64,000 nt of DNA from Octopus sinensis (taxonomy: Eukaryota): positions 10,974,001 through 11,038,000 of the forward strand of contig NC_043016.1 in NCBI RefSeq assembly GCF_006345805.1. Reading direction: 5' to 3'. The translations under genes were made by a program, and so were the position numbers. Below, piece after piece: positions 26,302 through 37,406 of this stretch (its first letter is position 1; every line of letters begins with the position of its first letter). The notes beneath the pieces are model-generated. The model was not told where the DNA came from, did no database searches, and saw only the letters and a program-made list of their open reading frames with translations.

Positions 26302-27095
26302 GTATTCTTTCATTCTATAATTCTTTTACTGCTTTCAATTATTAGTCTGCTGATAGAGTGATGATCCGCGTTTGAAGATTTTAATCAGTTATATCAACAT
26401 CAACACTTTTCCTTGCAATATATGTTACCATCTTCATGAAGGAAAAGTGGTAAATCAACCTTGGAATAAAGGGATAATCAAAATGTTTTTTTTTCTTTTG
26501 TTTTTGTTCCTCTCACTGACGTTCATACACATCTGGATGACCTCCCTAAACAATTTTATCTATAAAATTTTACTTGTAGCATTTTGATTGACCCAGAACT
26601 ATAGAACTTAAACATGACTATGTGTGTGTGTGTGTGTGTTTCCTATTAATAATTGTTTGATAAGCGCCAACGAACAAACCTCTCAGCCCTTGAATCACCT
26701 GTAACTTCTACCGATTATTAATAAAACACACACACATGTAATTATTCCACAGCATATCTTTCCCTTTTCACTAACTGTACACACATATTCAGGGTGTTTG
26801 GGCTAAATTTGACAGTTTGCATAAAAGGGGAGAAAAAAAAAACACAACATCCCATCCTAAAATATTAGTATTTTTTAAAAAATCAAAAAATATCAAATTA
26901 GGGTATAGCTGAGAGAGAAGAGTTTAGTCAAAGTAACCACCCTCAGTCTTCCACAATGACTTCAACGTAACTCTGGAGCTTGGCACATGTGTTCCTCACT
27001 GTATCACTGGAATGTTCTTTAAATACCTCTTTGATCTTGGCGACCAGCTCAGCCTTGATGTTGCAGGCAGAGCAGTTGATGTCTTTCGCAATAGC

Positions 27096-27331
27096 ACCCC
27101 TACTGGCCACCCCTACTGGTCACCCCTACTGGCCACCCCTACTGGCCACTCCTACTGGCCACCCCTACTGGCCATCCATACTGGCTATCCCTACAGGCCA
27201 TCCCTACTGGCCACCCCTACTGGCCACCCCTACTGGCCACCCCTACTGGCCATCCCTACTGGCCACCCCTACTGGCCACCCCTACTGGCCATCCCTACTG
27301 GCCACCCCTACTGGCCACTCCTACTGGCCAC
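27096..27331. repeat. 13-bp minisatellite (CCCCTACTGGCCA)n, ~18 copies
   Basis: Directly visible tandem repeat. Confidence 0.95.
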
Positions 27332-27444
27332 AACATCGTAGTTTCTCTGGCAGCTGTCCATGTCATGTATTACAGCATTTTCAGTGTTCACAAAACAGCA
27401 ATGAAGACATCAGCGTTTTGATACCCAGTCTGAATCATCATGAT

Positions 27445-28030
27445 ACTATTTCTTTACTACCCACAAGGGGCTAAAAACACAGAAGGGACAAACGGATTAA
27501 GTCAATTATAGTGACCCCAGTGCGTAACTGGTACTTATTTAATCGACCCCGAAAGGATGAAAGGCAAAGTCAAAGTCGATCTCGGCGAAATTTGAACTCA
27601 GAACATAAAGACGGACGAAATACCTATTTCTTTACTACCCACAAGGGGCTAAACACAGAGAGGGAATGAACAAGGACAGACAAAGGGATTAAGTCGATTA
27701 CATCGACCCCAGTGCGTAACTGGTACTTATTTAATCGACTCCGAAAGGATGAAAGGCAAAGTCAAAGTCGACCTCGGCGGAATTTGAACTCAGAACATAA
27801 AGACGGACGAAATACCTATTTCTTTACTACCCACAAGGGGCTAAACACAGAGAGGGAATGAACAAGGGCAGACAAATGGATTAAGTCGATTACATCGACC
27901 CCAGTGCGTAACTGGTACTTATTTAATCGACTCCGAAAGGATGAAAGGCAAAGTCGACCTCGGCGGAATTTGAACTCAGAACTTAACCGCAGACGAAATA
28001 CTGCTAAGCATTTCGCCCGGCGTGCTACCG
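27445..28030 (-). mobile_element. Family-B tRNA-derived SINE with the 3' part in three tandem copies
   Basis: Repeated TATTTCTTTACTACCCACAAGGGG...GAAAGGATGAAAGGCAAAGTC; single head at ~28030. Other copies at 28887-29120, 30900-31262, 37668-37900, 38765-38990, 41808-42038, 52680-53370, 55660-55892. Confidence 0.85.
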
Positions 28031-28536
28031 ATTCTACCAGCTCGCCGCCTTATCATCGCCAGTATCATCACGATACTGGTAACTCTCTTCCAATACTCAG
28101 ATGACTTCCAGTCCTTCGTGTCAACTGACCTTTTTCTCAACTACAACTTTAATCTTTACGCTATCCAACACTGTTGACTGTCCCCAAATACATCAGGTTG
28201 TCCCCTAAAAAAGGAGACCTAGGATATTGTCCCACATGTTTATCTGGCTTCTAATTCATTCTTACCGAAGTTTGTCTTACCGAAATGCTCGTTAAAAGAT
28301 AATATGGGTTTCTGGTTATGGTATTCTTTTTTTTTACTGTGGCCATGCTGGAGCACCACCTTTTAGTTGAAGAAATTGACCCCCTCTCTTTATTCTTTGT
28401 AAGCCTGGTACTTATTTTATTGGTCTCTTATGGCGAACAGCTAAGTTACGGGGGCATAAACACACCAAGATCATTTACCAATAGTGGAGGGACAAACACA
28501 GACGCAAACACATAAATGTATATATATATATATATT

Positions 28537-28597
<61 letters not shown>

Positions 28598-28601
<4 letters not shown>

Positions 28602-28742
28602 TGCAGCACGGACTTTGTCAGTGAACAGGTCGCGGATTTTAGCGAGGAAAATATTTTGACAAATTAAACTTAAATGTTGGAGTGAATCGAACGGCTTTTG
28701 TGTGTTTCTTAAATGGCTTATAAACACCTTCCACGCTGCAAT

Positions 28743-28746
<4 letters not shown>
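28598..28746 (+). mobile_element. Short element between (TA)n tracts carrying a hammerhead-like fold
   Basis: TTTGTCA-GTGAACA-GGTCGC..GCGAG-GAAA-ATAT-TT-TGACAAA at 28614-28663. Confidence 0.5.
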
Positions 28747-28810
<64 letters not shown>

Positions 28811-28838
28811 CACTCTCTTATATTTATTTTATATATAC

Positions 28839-28889
<51 letters not shown>

Positions 28890-30548
28890 CGGGCTGGCAG
28901 AAACATTAGCACGCCGGGCGAAATGCGTAGCCGTATTCCGTCTGCCGTTACGTTCTGAGTTCAAATTCCGCCGAGGTCGACTTTGTCTTTCATCCTTTCG
29001 GGGTCGATAAATTAAGTACCAGTTACGCACTGAGGTTGATGTAATCGACTTAATACCTATGTCTGTCCTTTTTTGTCCCCTCTGTGTGTAGCCCCTTGTG
29101 GGTAGTAAAGAAATAGGTATATATACACACACACACACAATGAGCTTCTTTCAGTTTCCGTCTACCAAATCCACACTCAAGGCTTTGGTGAGCCGAAGGC
29201 TGTAGTAGAAGACTCTTGTCCAAAGTGCCACACAGTAGAACTGAACCTGGGACCATGTGGTTGGGAAGCAAGCTTCTTAACACACAGCCATGCCCAGAAC
29301 TGCTAATTTTTCAACCATATCATTTACCCCTAAGCTACGCCAACTGGCACCATTGCTTTTCTTTTATCATCAGCATCGTCATCAATGTTTTAACGTAACA
29401 GGAGTTAGACAATTTGTTGAGGCAGATATTCTACACCCTGATGCCCTTTCTTTCACCAATCCTCACCTGTTTCCAAGTAAAGGTAATATCTCTTCATGAT
29501 GAGACAGGTCTTTCTCAGAAGATTGGAACAACTGTCATGCAATGCCAAGGCAAGAACATGCACACAATCACATGCGCATGCACACACACACACGCGCACA
29601 CACACACACACAATCATACACACATGCACATACACAATCACACACACATGCACATACACACACACACAATCACACACACACACGCATACGCAATCACACA
29701 CACACACACAATCACACACACATGCACACACACAATCACACACACAATCACACACATACAATCACACACACACACACACACATGCACACACACACACACA
29801 CACACAGAGTCACACATGCACGCACGCACACACGTTTCAGTGATGCCTGGTGGTTGCTGCCCTCCTAAATTTCAAGCAGGGGTATAACCAAAGTTTTCCA
29901 ATAAGATTTGCGATTAAATTTTCGATGGGTGTGCAATGCACACCTTGCACATGTGGCAGATACTGGTGTCATGCAAATGGCACCCATGCCAGTGGCACAT
30001 AAAAACACCCATTACATTCTTGGAGTGATTGGCGTTAGGAAGGGCATCCAGCCGTAGAAACCATGCCAAATCAGACTGGAGTCTGATGCAGTTCCCCAGT
30101 TTGCCAGCCCTGGTCAAACCCTCCAACCCATGCCAGCATGGACAACGGATGTTAAATGATGTTGATAATGATATATTAATTTATGTATAGAATACACTTC
30201 TTTCAATTTCTGTTTACTAAATCTACTCACAAGGCTTTGATTGGCCAAGGGCTATAGTAGAAGATACTTGGCAAAGATTCCACAAAGTGGGGTCGAACCC
30301 ATAACCCTGTTTGGTAGAAAGCAGACTTTTTACCACACAACCATGCCTGCACTTATGTGGAAAATATATCTAAAAAGATTTAGAAGATGCAGGAGTAGCT
30401 GTGTGGTAAGTAGCTTGCTAACCAACCACATGGTTCCGGGTTCAGTCCCACTGAATGGCATCTTGGGCAAGTGTCTTCTGCTATAGCCTTGGGCCGACCA
30501 ATGCCTTGTGAGTGGATTTGGTAGACGGAAACTGAAAGAAGCCTGTTG

Positions 30549-30585
<37 letters not shown>

Positions 30586-31627
30586 ATGTGTTTGTGTGTC
30601 TGTGTTTGTCTCCCTAGCATTGCTTGACAACCGATGCTAGTGTGTTTATGTCCCCGTCACTTAACGGTTCGGCGAAAGAGACCGATAGAATAAGTACTGG
30701 GCTTACAAAGAATAAGTCCCGGGGTCGATTTGCTCGACTAAAGGCAGTGCTCCAGCATGGCCACAGTCAAATGACTGAAACAAGTAAAAGAGTAAAAGAG
30801 TAAGACATAGATTTCCCAACATTTAAGTTACAGCATCTGTTTACTTTACAAATTCATGTGTTATCTATCACTAACATATTGATTTCAAATTCTGGCATTA
30901 AGGCCAGCAATTTCAGGGGTGGTGGGTAAATCGATTTCATTGACCTCAGTACTCAACTAGTACTTCTTTCATCTACTCTGAAAGGGATGAAAAGCAAAGT
31001 CGACTTCGGCGGAGTTTGAACTCAGAATGTAAAACTAGTCTATTTCTTTATTGCCCACAAGGGGCTAAACACAGAGGGGACAAACAAGGACAGACAAATG
31101 GATTAAGTCGATTACATTTACCCCAGTGCGTAACTGGTACTTAATTTATCGACCCCGAAAGGATGAAAGGCAAAGTCGACCTCGGCGGAATTTGAACTCA
31201 CAACGTAACGGCAGACGAAATACCGCTAAGCATTTCGCCCGGCGTGCTAACGTTTCTGCCAGGTCAAAACATCACTAAGCATTTTGTTTGACGTACTTGC
31301 CAACGCGCTACCTTATCTATCACTAACATATTTATGAAATATTGTTAATATTCTCATTTAAATATAAATAGATAATTATGGCATTATTGATCAAATTGGT
31401 AATCTTTAGCCATAAAAAAATTTCATGCAGTTATCAGGCATGTTTGAAATGAAAGAGTTAATTATCCAACAACATTGAAAATGTTGATTCACAAAGAAAT
31501 AATGGCTCTGCTTGAACTGCAGTATCTGAAATCTCTGCTGAGTTTTGAGGCCAAAATGAAAAATTACACAATGTCTTCTCAGAAAATGCATCTTAAGCAG
31601 AATTATTATAATACAGTTCTAAGAGAT

Positions 31628-32010
31628 GGGGAATTATGTACATTATTTACTTTATTTACATTTGACGAATATTTGTCCTCATCTTGTTTGTTGTTAACAC
31701 ATTTTAGCTGATATACCCTTCAGCCTTCATCAGGTGTCTTGGGGAAATTTTAAACCTGGGTTCTCATTCCTAAGGTATTTTTCGATGTTAAATTTATTCA
31801 TCATCATCATCATCATCATCATCATTTAACGTCCGTTCTCCATGCTAGCATGGGTTGGACGGTTCGACCGGGGATCTGGGAAGCCAGAAGGCTGCACCAG
31901 GCTCCAGTCTTATCTGGCAATGTTTCTACAGCTGGATGCCCTTCCTAACGCCAACCACTCCGTGAGTGTAGTGGGTGCTTTTTACGTTATTGTTATTATT
32001 ATTATTGTTA

Positions 32011-32064
<54 letters not shown>

Positions 32065-32158
32065 TCACTGCCTGGAATTGAACTCGGAATCTTGGGGTTA
32101 GTAGCCCGAGCTCTTAACCACTACACCATATGCCTGTGGGCATATTGTGTAGTGACCC

Positions 32159-32200
<42 letters not shown>

Positions 32201-32390
32201 TAACAATAATAATAATGATAACAATAACATTGAAAAATAGCTTAGGAATGAGAACCCAGGTTCGAAATTTCCCCAAGACACCTGATGACGGCTGGAAAGT
32301 ATATCAGCTGAAACATTATGTTAACAACAAACAAGATGAGGACAAATATCCATCAACTGTAAATGATGTAAATAATGTACAGAATTATTA
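31628..32390. mobile_element. Composite fold-back element: inverted hammerhead-bearing arms around (ATT)n/(AAT)n tracts and a tRNA-like segment
   Basis: 31635-31790 is the reverse complement of 32225-32385; CTGATGA...GAAAC at 32282-32314; tRNA-like segment on the minus strand at 32063-32134; later SINE insertion at ~31800-31987. Confidence 0.75.
32277..32322 (+). ncRNA. Minimal hammerhead ribozyme-like motif (degenerate)
   Basis: GACAC-CTGATGA-CGGCTG(gaaagtatat)CAGCT-GAAA-CATT-ATGTT; the mirror copy at 31694-31738 supports stem I GACAC/GTGTT. Confidence 0.55.
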
Positions 32391-34731
32391 TGTTGGAGTT
32401 CTTCCAACTCCTCTTGCATACATTTCCTAGTCTGTAACTCCTTAGCAGTTGCGGTGAAATAAGTTCCAAAGGCACAAATTCATTGTTATCAAGATTTAAG
32501 AAATATTCATTTTGTTACTCGTCCATATTCTTTGAATATTTCAGCCTTGTATTGTGGATTTTCAGCTAGAAATGTGGCCAATATATCAGACTGAATATTT
32601 CCTCTCTGCTGTCATAGCTTTATGGTAAATCCTCAAAGCTAAAACATAAACTGACAAACTGTTGCATCTCATCTTTGGAAATTTTGGTTTACCCTTTATA
32701 GAGCGTCAAATATATCAATTTATAATAAAAGAACTGAGGTTAACAAAGCGGAAATGAGCTTTCAAGGAAATGATAAAATTTTCATGTTTCTTAGAATTTT
32801 GAAAAAATTCCAGCATTTCTTCTCTTTAGTATTTAAACCAGGTATGTCCAGCTTAAATACCCTACCTGTCTTGTGTTCAAACAGGCCAGATCTAGCACCT
32901 CATACCCACTCTGTTATGTCATTCTAAAAAATATACAAAATATACCCCATTCGAATCACAAAACATAAAAACACCCATTACATTCTTGGAGTGATTGGCG
33001 TTAGGAAGGGCGGGCATCCAGCCATAGAAACCATACCAAATCAGACTGGAGTCTGATGCAGTTCCCCAGTTTGCCAGCCCTGGTCAAACCCTCCAACCCA
33101 TGCCAGCATGGACAACGGATAATGCCCGATTAATTCAAATCAATGTCAATAAATATTACATTTGACAGGAGTGGCTGTGTTGTAAGTAGCTTGCTTACGA
33201 ACCACATGGTTCCGGGTTCAGTCCCACTGAGTGGCACCCTGGGCAAGTGTCTTCTACTATAGCCTCGGGCCGACCAAAGCCTTCTGAGTGGATTTGGTAG
33301 AGGGAAACTGAAAGAAGCCCATCGTATATATGTATATATGTGTGTGTGTGTTTGTGTGTCTTTGTTTGTATCCCCAACATTGCTTGACAACCGATGGTGT
33401 GTGTGTTTACATCCCTGTAACTTAGCAGTTTGGCAAAAGAATAAGTACTAGGCTTACAAAGAATAAGTCCTGGGGTCGATTTGCTCGACTAAAGGCGGTG
33501 CTCCAGCATGGCTGCAGTCAAATGACTGAAACTAGTGAAAGAGAGTATTTGACAGAATAGTCTGAATGCTAAAGAGTTGACCTTTTAACATTTAAACCAG
33601 CCATGTCCAGCCCAGATATTCTACCTGTTGAATGTTAAAAACCAGCCAGATCCAGCCTCTCACACCTACCCTACAATATACAATCACTTCATCAAGATCT
33701 CATAGTTAAAAGATAATGTATAATTAATTGAAAACAATGAGAATAAACAAGAATTACATTTGACAGAACATTTGAATGCTAAAGCGTTAAATTATGGCCA
33801 AAATAAAAGCAATGAATTGGCAGAATTATTAGAGTCTTCATGTTCTGAGATCAAATGCCACTGTGTTTGATTTTGTCTTTCATATTTTTGAGACCAATAA
33901 TGTTAAGTACCAATCCAGATTAGTAGACTGGCAAAGTTATTAGCACCCAACAATGTTCTTGCAGTATTTGTTTCAAGGTCTGTACATTTCACTTTCAGTT
34001 GCTTCTGAAATTAATATTTCTTGTCATTGTTTTGGGGTCTGTCGTTAAAGGGTAAAGGGTAAGGACCCCCTTCAGTCATGACTGACTGTGGGATTGCACC
34101 TAGAATGTTCCCCTCTGAGGCACAAGTCTGGGTAAGTTTGTTTATGGAAGACTAGCAGTCACCCATGCATACCGGCCTCTCCTCTCCACACCACCGATGT
34201 CATCCAAGGGAGATGCAGACCAGTACAGCTTGGCACCAGTGACGTTGCAATTCATTTCTACAGCTGAGTGAACTGGAGCAATGTGAAATACAGTGTCTTA
34301 CTCAAGAACACAACATAGCCTGGCCTAGGAATTGAACTCACTACTTTATGATTATGAGCCTGATGTTCTAACCACTGAGCCATGCACCTGAAATTAACAT
34401 TTCCAGTCATTCTTCTGGAGCCAGCCAGTAAAATACCAGAAACGGTAGATCTTTGCTGTATATGTTCCACTGCTTTATGTTCTCAGTTGAGCTGCATTGA
34501 CTTTTGGATGTCATTGGTGGCACAGTGAAGGGAAATTTGCTGCATGGGTTACTGCTGAGCTTCTTTGAGGGAAATGAAATCTTGCTCAAGCCTATATCAT
34601 GGAGAGGAACTTCTCTGGTGCAGACACTTGGGAAGTTCCTGACTGAAGAATGATAACAGAATCCTTATTGAGTACAATGAATCATAATCATCATCATCAC
34701 CATCATCGCCATCATCATCACAACCATCACC

Positions 34732-34763
<32 letters not shown>

Positions 34764-35156
34764 CATCGTCACCATCATCATCATCATAAGTGTCACCATC
34801 ACCCCCACCCACTCACCCCACCACCACCATAATCATCATCGTCATCATTACTGTCACCATCATCTTTATCATCATCATTTAACGTCTGTTGTCCGTGCTG
34901 GCATGGGTTGGATGGTTTGACCAGGGCTGGCAAGCTGGAAGGCTGTACCAGACTCCAGTCTCATTTGGCATGGTTTCTATGGCTAGATGCTTTTCCTAAT
35001 GCCAGCCATTCCAGAAGTGCAATGGGAGCTTTTACGTGCCACCAGCTTGGGTATCATTTGCATGACACTGGTATCTGTCATGCCTGCCATTTTGCTCAGT
35101 TTGATGGGTCTTCTTCTCAAGTATGACACAATGCCAAAGGCTTCAGTCATTGTGAC

Positions 35157-35234
<78 letters not shown>

Positions 35235-35310
35235 ATATTAGGGAATAAATCCAAATTTACAGGGAAAAAATCAGATTTAGGATTAAATCCAATTTTATAG
35301 TAAAATATTA

Positions 35311-35490
35311 TATAATATTAATTAGAGACAAAACCACTATTTTGCAAAACAAACAAGGAAAGACTTAATCAATACATAAAACTTTAATAAAAAGTAAAAA
35401 ATTTTACTTTTTATTAAAATTTTATGTATTGATTAAGTCTTTCCTTGTTTGTTTTGCAAAATAGTGGTTTTGTCTCTAATTAATATTATA
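35311..35490. repeat. ~180-bp spacerless AT-rich palindrome between (TA)n tracts
   Basis: TATAATATTAATTAGAGACAAAACCACTATTTTGCAAAAC... and its reverse complement, centred at ~35400. Confidence 0.92.
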
Positions 35491-36261
35491 TTATATATAT
35501 ATATATATATATATCATCATCATCATCATCATCATCATCATCTGTTTTCCATGGGTTTAATTACTTGACAGGAGCTGGTAAGGCCAGCGGCCACACCAGG
35601 ACCTATAGTCACTTTTGGCTTGGTTTCTACAACTGGATGTCCTTCCTAATGCCAACCACTTTACAGAGTGTACCAGGTGCTTTTTACACGGCACCAACAC
35701 CAGTACTTTTTACATGGCACCTTGGTTTTCCGATATCACTACTGTTGTGCTGGGTGAGTCTTCTCAAGTACAGCAATGGTCCCCATATTTCAGTCCTCTG
35801 TCATCTCCATTGTAAGGCTCAACATTTTGAGATCAACCTTCAGTATTCTGTCTCGCGTCTATCTGGGTTTCCTTTTTTGACAACTTCCCTCCACTTATTT
35901 AAATACTTGAGAGTAATATTAAGAAACTGAAAAAAAAAAGGAAGGTGCTTTTTTTTTAATCATTTTTGCCTCTTTCATCATCATCATCATCGTTTAACGT
36001 CTGCTTTCCATGCTAGCATGGGTTGGATGGTTCAACTGGGGTCTGGGAAGCCAGAAGGCTGCACCAGGCCCAGTCTGATCTGGCAGTGTTTCTACAGCTG
36101 GATGCCCTTCCTAACGCCAACTCTATTTTAAAGCAGAAATTTTATTATGCCTGTTTGTTCCATTTTTGTTTCTTTCATTTTTATTCTTTGTTCCTGCTGA
36201 AGCACAGTCTTGTGTTTATTGTCAATAAAAACAGGACCACCTCTTAATGGAATTTATTACA

Positions 36262-36610
36262 TTATTACTTTTAGTCGTGTTTGTTTGTTTGTCTGTGGAC
36301 AAGATATCTCATGAGCCACTGGGTGGATTTGGATGAAACTTTTTTCAAGGATATTTGGCCTCATGACTTGCACAAACTGATTAGATTTTGGGATCAATCC
36401 GGTACCAGACAAGGATTCTGGAATATTTTTCCGTTTTTTTTTTTTTTTTTACTTAATTTTTGAGTGCAGTCAAGTTCATTTTTAGTATTCTCATTTGTGA
36501 GAACAGTTGAGAATATTTCAGATATTCCCATTTTAAAAATCATCTCTGGTTAATCGTTGAGAGGATGTTGGTGTTGCCTTGGTGGAGGATTGCACTCTCT
36601 GAGTGCTCTT
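36262..36610 (+). mobile_element. Helentron/DINE-1-like non-autonomous element (HINE)
   Basis: GTTTGTTTGTCTGT tract, GGATTTGGATGAAAC and 3' GGTGGAGGATTGCACTCTCTGAGTGC hairpin, typical of HINEs. Confidence 0.55.
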
Positions 36611-36617
36611 ATTATTG

Positions 36618-36690
<73 letters not shown>

Positions 36691-36778
36691 TATCATTATT
36701 ATTATTATTATCATTATTATTATTATTATTATTATTGTTGTTATTATTATTATTATTATTATTATTGTTATTATTATT

Positions 36779-36861
<83 letters not shown>

Positions 36862-36868
36862 CATTATG
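36609..36868. repeat. (ATT)n/(ATC)n microsatellite
   Basis: Directly visible. Confidence 0.97.
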
Positions 36869-37406
36869 TGAGAAGTAGTAAAATTTATCAACAAGTATGA
36901 ATATATTTTACATAAAATATTCAACACAGTTACAAACAGCCAACACCAATGCAATCCTTACAGCTGATCCTTGTGGACAACTTTACAGCCTGACACGTTA
37001 AACTAACTGACACACACACACACACACAGTCACTTGCTAGGTTTTTTTCCTATCCCAAGTTAGCAGGTATTGATTTTTTTTCAGCCAGTTGACACATTGA
37101 TTTGAGTTAAAATAGGGCAGCATTGAATAAGTTATACGTGCAACTCTTTGTAACATGAAAGACGAAGATAGAAGACCTTGCCTATTTAGTTGTGTTTATG
37201 CGTTGTGTATATTATTATTATTATTGTTGTTCTTGTTGTTGTTATTAAGGTGTTGAGCTTGCAGAACTGTTAGCACACCGGGCAAAATGCTTAGCGGTAT
37301 TTCGTCTGCTGCTATGTTCTGAGTTCAAATTCCTCTGAAGTCGACTTTGCCTTTCATTCTTTCGGGGTCGATAAATTAAGTACCAGTGCATAACTGATAC
37401 TTATTT

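Larger units (their letters stand above)
26790..28200 (-). mobile_element. Decayed Tc1/mariner (maT-like) element hosting a minisatellite and tandem SINEs
   Basis: CAGGGTGT terminus; 26930-27098 reads GAIAKDINCSACNIKAELVAKIKEVF...VRNTCAK on the minus strand, like a transposase C-terminus. Confidence 0.55.

Noticed and set aside
26980-27474. ORFs with TGHPYWPPLLATP repeats
   Set aside because: These are translations of the 13-bp minisatellite in several frames.
32063-32134. Functional tRNA gene (also the SINE heads at ~17480-17547 and elsewhere)
   Set aside because: Acceptor and T stems pair poorly and the segments are embedded in repeats; they are tRNA-derived heads only.
34440-34680. Possible extra exon or nested gene in non-repetitive-looking sequence
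   Set aside because: No recognisable protein motif, stops in the plausible frames, and exons A and B already join without a gap.
36550-36954. Poly-I/Y/L/H ORFs (also 28446-29138, 29414-29887, 34597-34832, 46467-46868, 56732-57517)
   Set aside because: These are microsatellite translations.
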